A stretch of DNA of 37,902 nucleotides from Fibrobacteria bacterium (GTDB lineage: Bacteria; Fibrobacterota; Fibrobacteria; UBA11236). How positions within the stretch are numbered: position 1 is the first letter of the stretch; each line of letters opens with the position of its first letter. The stretch is taken from NCBI GenBank assembly GCA_041746255.1, contig JBGTHM010000011.1:1-37902 (forward strand). Direction: 5' to 3'. The notes under the pieces were generated by a model that saw only the letters and a list, made by a program, of their open reading frames with translations, was not told where the DNA came from and did no database searches. The position numbers were made by a program, and so were the translations under genes. Below are positions 36,086-37,902 of this stretch, piece after piece.

Positions 36086-36200
36086 GAATGTGATGAAGTG
36101 GCGTTCACCAAAATACCGACAATTAGGACGTCTTGTGATCTGGCGTCGTGGCCAGTTTTCATCGGTAGCTACTTATTCCAAAGGTGATTTCACCAGCTCC
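36086..36200. repeat. diverged direct repeat, copy B (operator plus nagB 3' end)
   Basis: Shares GAATGTGATGAAG, GTTCACCAAAATACC and TTTTCATCGGTAGCTA-TTATTCCA with 32478-32623. Confidence 0.85.
36090..36111. promoter_or_regulatory. palindromic operator copy 5 (GTGATGAA-GTGGCG-TTCACCAA)
   Basis: Same arms and spacer as the other copies. Confidence 0.75.
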
Positions 36201-37792
36201 TTGCTCCGCATCAATTCCTTGTGGGGTTTCATTTCCTCCACGAACTCGGTATAGCTCATGTCCTTGAGATAGATCGCCCCATAAGCGCGCCGCATCATGG
36301 GATGGAGGTGTCCATAGAACGCCTCCTTGCCAAGGAGAGTAGTGAGATCCTTGAACTGTTCCGCCCAACTCTTCTGGCACAATTCGCTGAAGGTGCCGTC
36401 CAGCTCGTAACTGGGAAAAGACGCGGACTTCTGGCTGACGAAGCAGCTTTGGAACATGTTATGAAGCACGGCGAATGAGTTCAGAGAAACCGGAATAATG
36501 GTATTCACTTCAGCGGGATGGAAACGCGCCCACACGTTTCGATAGCCCCAGACGCGCAGGTTTTCGCTACCATGCCGGGCTGTGTAGGTTTCCAAGGCTG
36601 CGGCTATGGCCATGAGCACCTTGAAATGGGTGTCCGGGCCGCTACCTTCGGGATCAAGAGCCAAAGTGACCACAGTGGGGCGAACCTTTTCCAACAAATC
36701 CACTATGGGTAGTACGTCTCGCTCGTATTCGGGATCCTGGGGGAAGGTGGCGTCCGTATAGAATTTTAAACGCATATGGGTGACTTGCTCCGGACCGAAT
36801 CCGAAGTGGGCCCATACCAGCTCGGCTTCCCATTCCCGCAGCCAGCCTTTGAGCAATTGCATGGTTTCAGGTTCCCGCTTCCCCGGGGGCAGTGATTCGA
36901 TGAAACCGATTTGCTCGTTGACAACGGTTTGAATGCTTTCAGCAGTGGCCGACTCCAAATGCTTACGAAAGAAGCGATAGATGCGGCAAGCCGTGAACAG
37001 AGCCTGGCCGGCCAAGTTCTGTTCGGCGATGGCATTGAGATAGCCGTAGATTTCTTTGTAGCGGGCTTCTTCCCTGCCCAAGTCCCTTTCATCCATGCGC
37101 TGAAAAAGACTTCCGTCCCGAAGGCACTCGCGCAAGGCGATCATTCGTTCCAGGAGGTAATGGTTTGTCACCGAAGTGAAGCCGCTGGTGAGGTAACAAA
37201 AATGATTGTAATTACGTTCCGATCGCACCAGGTGGTGGAGCAGTGGAAAGTAGGCCAGCTCGATGTCGTCATGATGCGGACCGGTATGCAAAAAACGTTG
37301 TTCGGCGGCCGGGGATCCGTTCTTGGTCCCAAGTCCGGACAGCCGCAGGCCGTTCTGGATTTTTTGCATCAGGCTTTCCTTAGCGGCCTGGGCCAAAACC
37401 GGAATGGGCATGCCTGTCAAGTTGGACGCCAAATCCCAGGATGCCGTCTTGGTAGCCCCTTTGCCCGCATTTTTTAATTCCTCGTGTTTGGAAAGCGCAC
37501 CGTCGAGGATCAGTTTATGGCAATCCACTTCGGAGAGCCGGGAACCGCCGGCATGGTTGAGAATTTTAAAACGCCTGGATTTCAGGCGGGAAGCCGCTCC
37601 CTTGGTCAAGAAAAAACGAGTATTGGGTAGCTTCTGCAGGCAACTGGCTGGACTGTTTATGTCTGGATCCTCTTCGATAGCCTGAGCCACCACCTTGGAC
37701 TTAGCCTCGCCGGCGGCCATGATGATGGCGACCACCTCGGGGTTGTAGGTGATGGTTTCGAGCCCTATGGTGATGACGGCTTTTTTTCGGAC
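36173..37792 (-). CDS. nagB: long-form glucosamine-6-phosphate deaminase fused to a PIG-L/LmbE-like domain; 5' part missing
   Basis: Deaminase C-terminal motifs VITIGLETI, MAAGEAKS, PASCLQ, then PHHDD and GPDTH in the fused domain. NagB-like sequence stops at about 37792. Confidence 0.8.
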   Translation of the reverse strand, partial: VRKKAVITIGLETITYNPEVVAIIMAAGEAKSKVVAQAIEEDPDINSPASCLQKLPNTRFFLTKGAASRLKSRRFKILNHAGGSRLSEVDCHKLILDGALSKHEELKNAGKGATKTASWDLASNLTGMPIPVLAQAAKESLMQKIQNGLRLSGLGTKNGSPAAEQRFLHTGPHHDDIELAYFPLLHHLVRSERNYNHFCYLTSGFTSVTNHYLLERMIALRECLRDGSLFQRMDERDLGREEARYKEIYGYLNAIAEQNLAGQALFTACRIYRFFRKHLESATAESIQTVVNEQIGFIESLPPGKREPETMQLLKGWLREWEAELVWAHFGFGPEQVTHMRLKFYTDATFPQDPEYERDVLPIVDLLEKVRPTVVTLALDPEGSGPDTHFKVLMAIAAALETYTARHGSENLRVWGYRNVWARFHPAEVNTIIPVSLNSFAVLHNMFQSCFVSQKSASFPSYELDGTFSELCQKSWAEQFKDLTTLLGKEAFYGHLHPMMRRAYGAIYLKDMSYTEFVEEMKPHKELMRSKELVKSPLE

Positions 37793-37902
37793 ACTGCTAT
37801 GGCGTTTGGTATGCGCCGTCTCTCTATTATAGACCTTGGGGGTGGCAAGCAACCCATAGAAAATGAAGAGGGAAATCTTATCATTGTTTTTAATGGCGAG
37901 AT
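37772..37902 (+). CDS. asnB: internal fragment of glutamine-hydrolysing asparagine synthase (no start codon region; runs off the window)
   Basis: Plus strand reads DDGFFSDTAMAFGMRRLSIIDLGGGKQPIENEEGNLIIVFNGE(I), the hallmark class-II GATase motifs of AsnB. The N-terminal MCGI…HRGP is absent. Confidence 0.85.

Noticed and set aside
37793..37902. Open minus-strand frame as the N-terminal part of NagB
   Set aside because: Lacks the expected deaminase motifs and is the antisense of an AsnB fragment.
1..37902. CRISPR arrays, tRNA/rRNA genes, IS elements, integrases, defence systems
   Set aside because: No regularly spaced repeats, structured RNA genes, terminal inverted repeats or recombinase/transposase motifs were seen.

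Overview
Bacterial window, most likely from a Fibrobacterota genome (a TIGR02147-family gene and Fibrobacter-style secreted-protein C-termini; this is inference). Positions 1-6.2 kb are a housekeeping-like block: a SelO-family protein, a MORN-repeat protein, recQ, a cupin and an Mpv17-like membrane protein. From about 6.5 kb to the end is a ~31 kb chitin/N-acetylglucosamine-type polysaccharide utilisation locus with no SusC/SusD or TonB-dependent receptor. It contains three secreted polysaccharide-lyase-like genes, a cytoplasmic GH20, three tandem outer-membrane beta-barrel-like proteins, two carbohydrate-binding-domain proteins, a GH18 chitinase, an Opp/Dpp-type ABC importer with an Eis-like acetyltransferase, a TIGR02147 HTH protein plus a CBM-bearing lipoprotein, a large secreted protein with a lysozyme-like domain, and a NagB/PIG-L fusion. 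The strongest unannotated signal is a palindrome, GTGRTGAA-N6-WTCAYCA, found five times (11337, 21887, 32482, 36021, 36090), each upstream of a transcription unit of the locus. It suggests an undescribed regulon, possibly run by the TIGR02147 protein. Also visible are a diverged direct repeat (nagB 3' end plus operator) flanking the large secreted gene, a decayed secretion-domain pseudogene at 6.2-6.5 kb, and a microhomology junction that fuses nagB to an inverted asnB fragment at the right edge. All family calls come from motif recognition, not from database searches.
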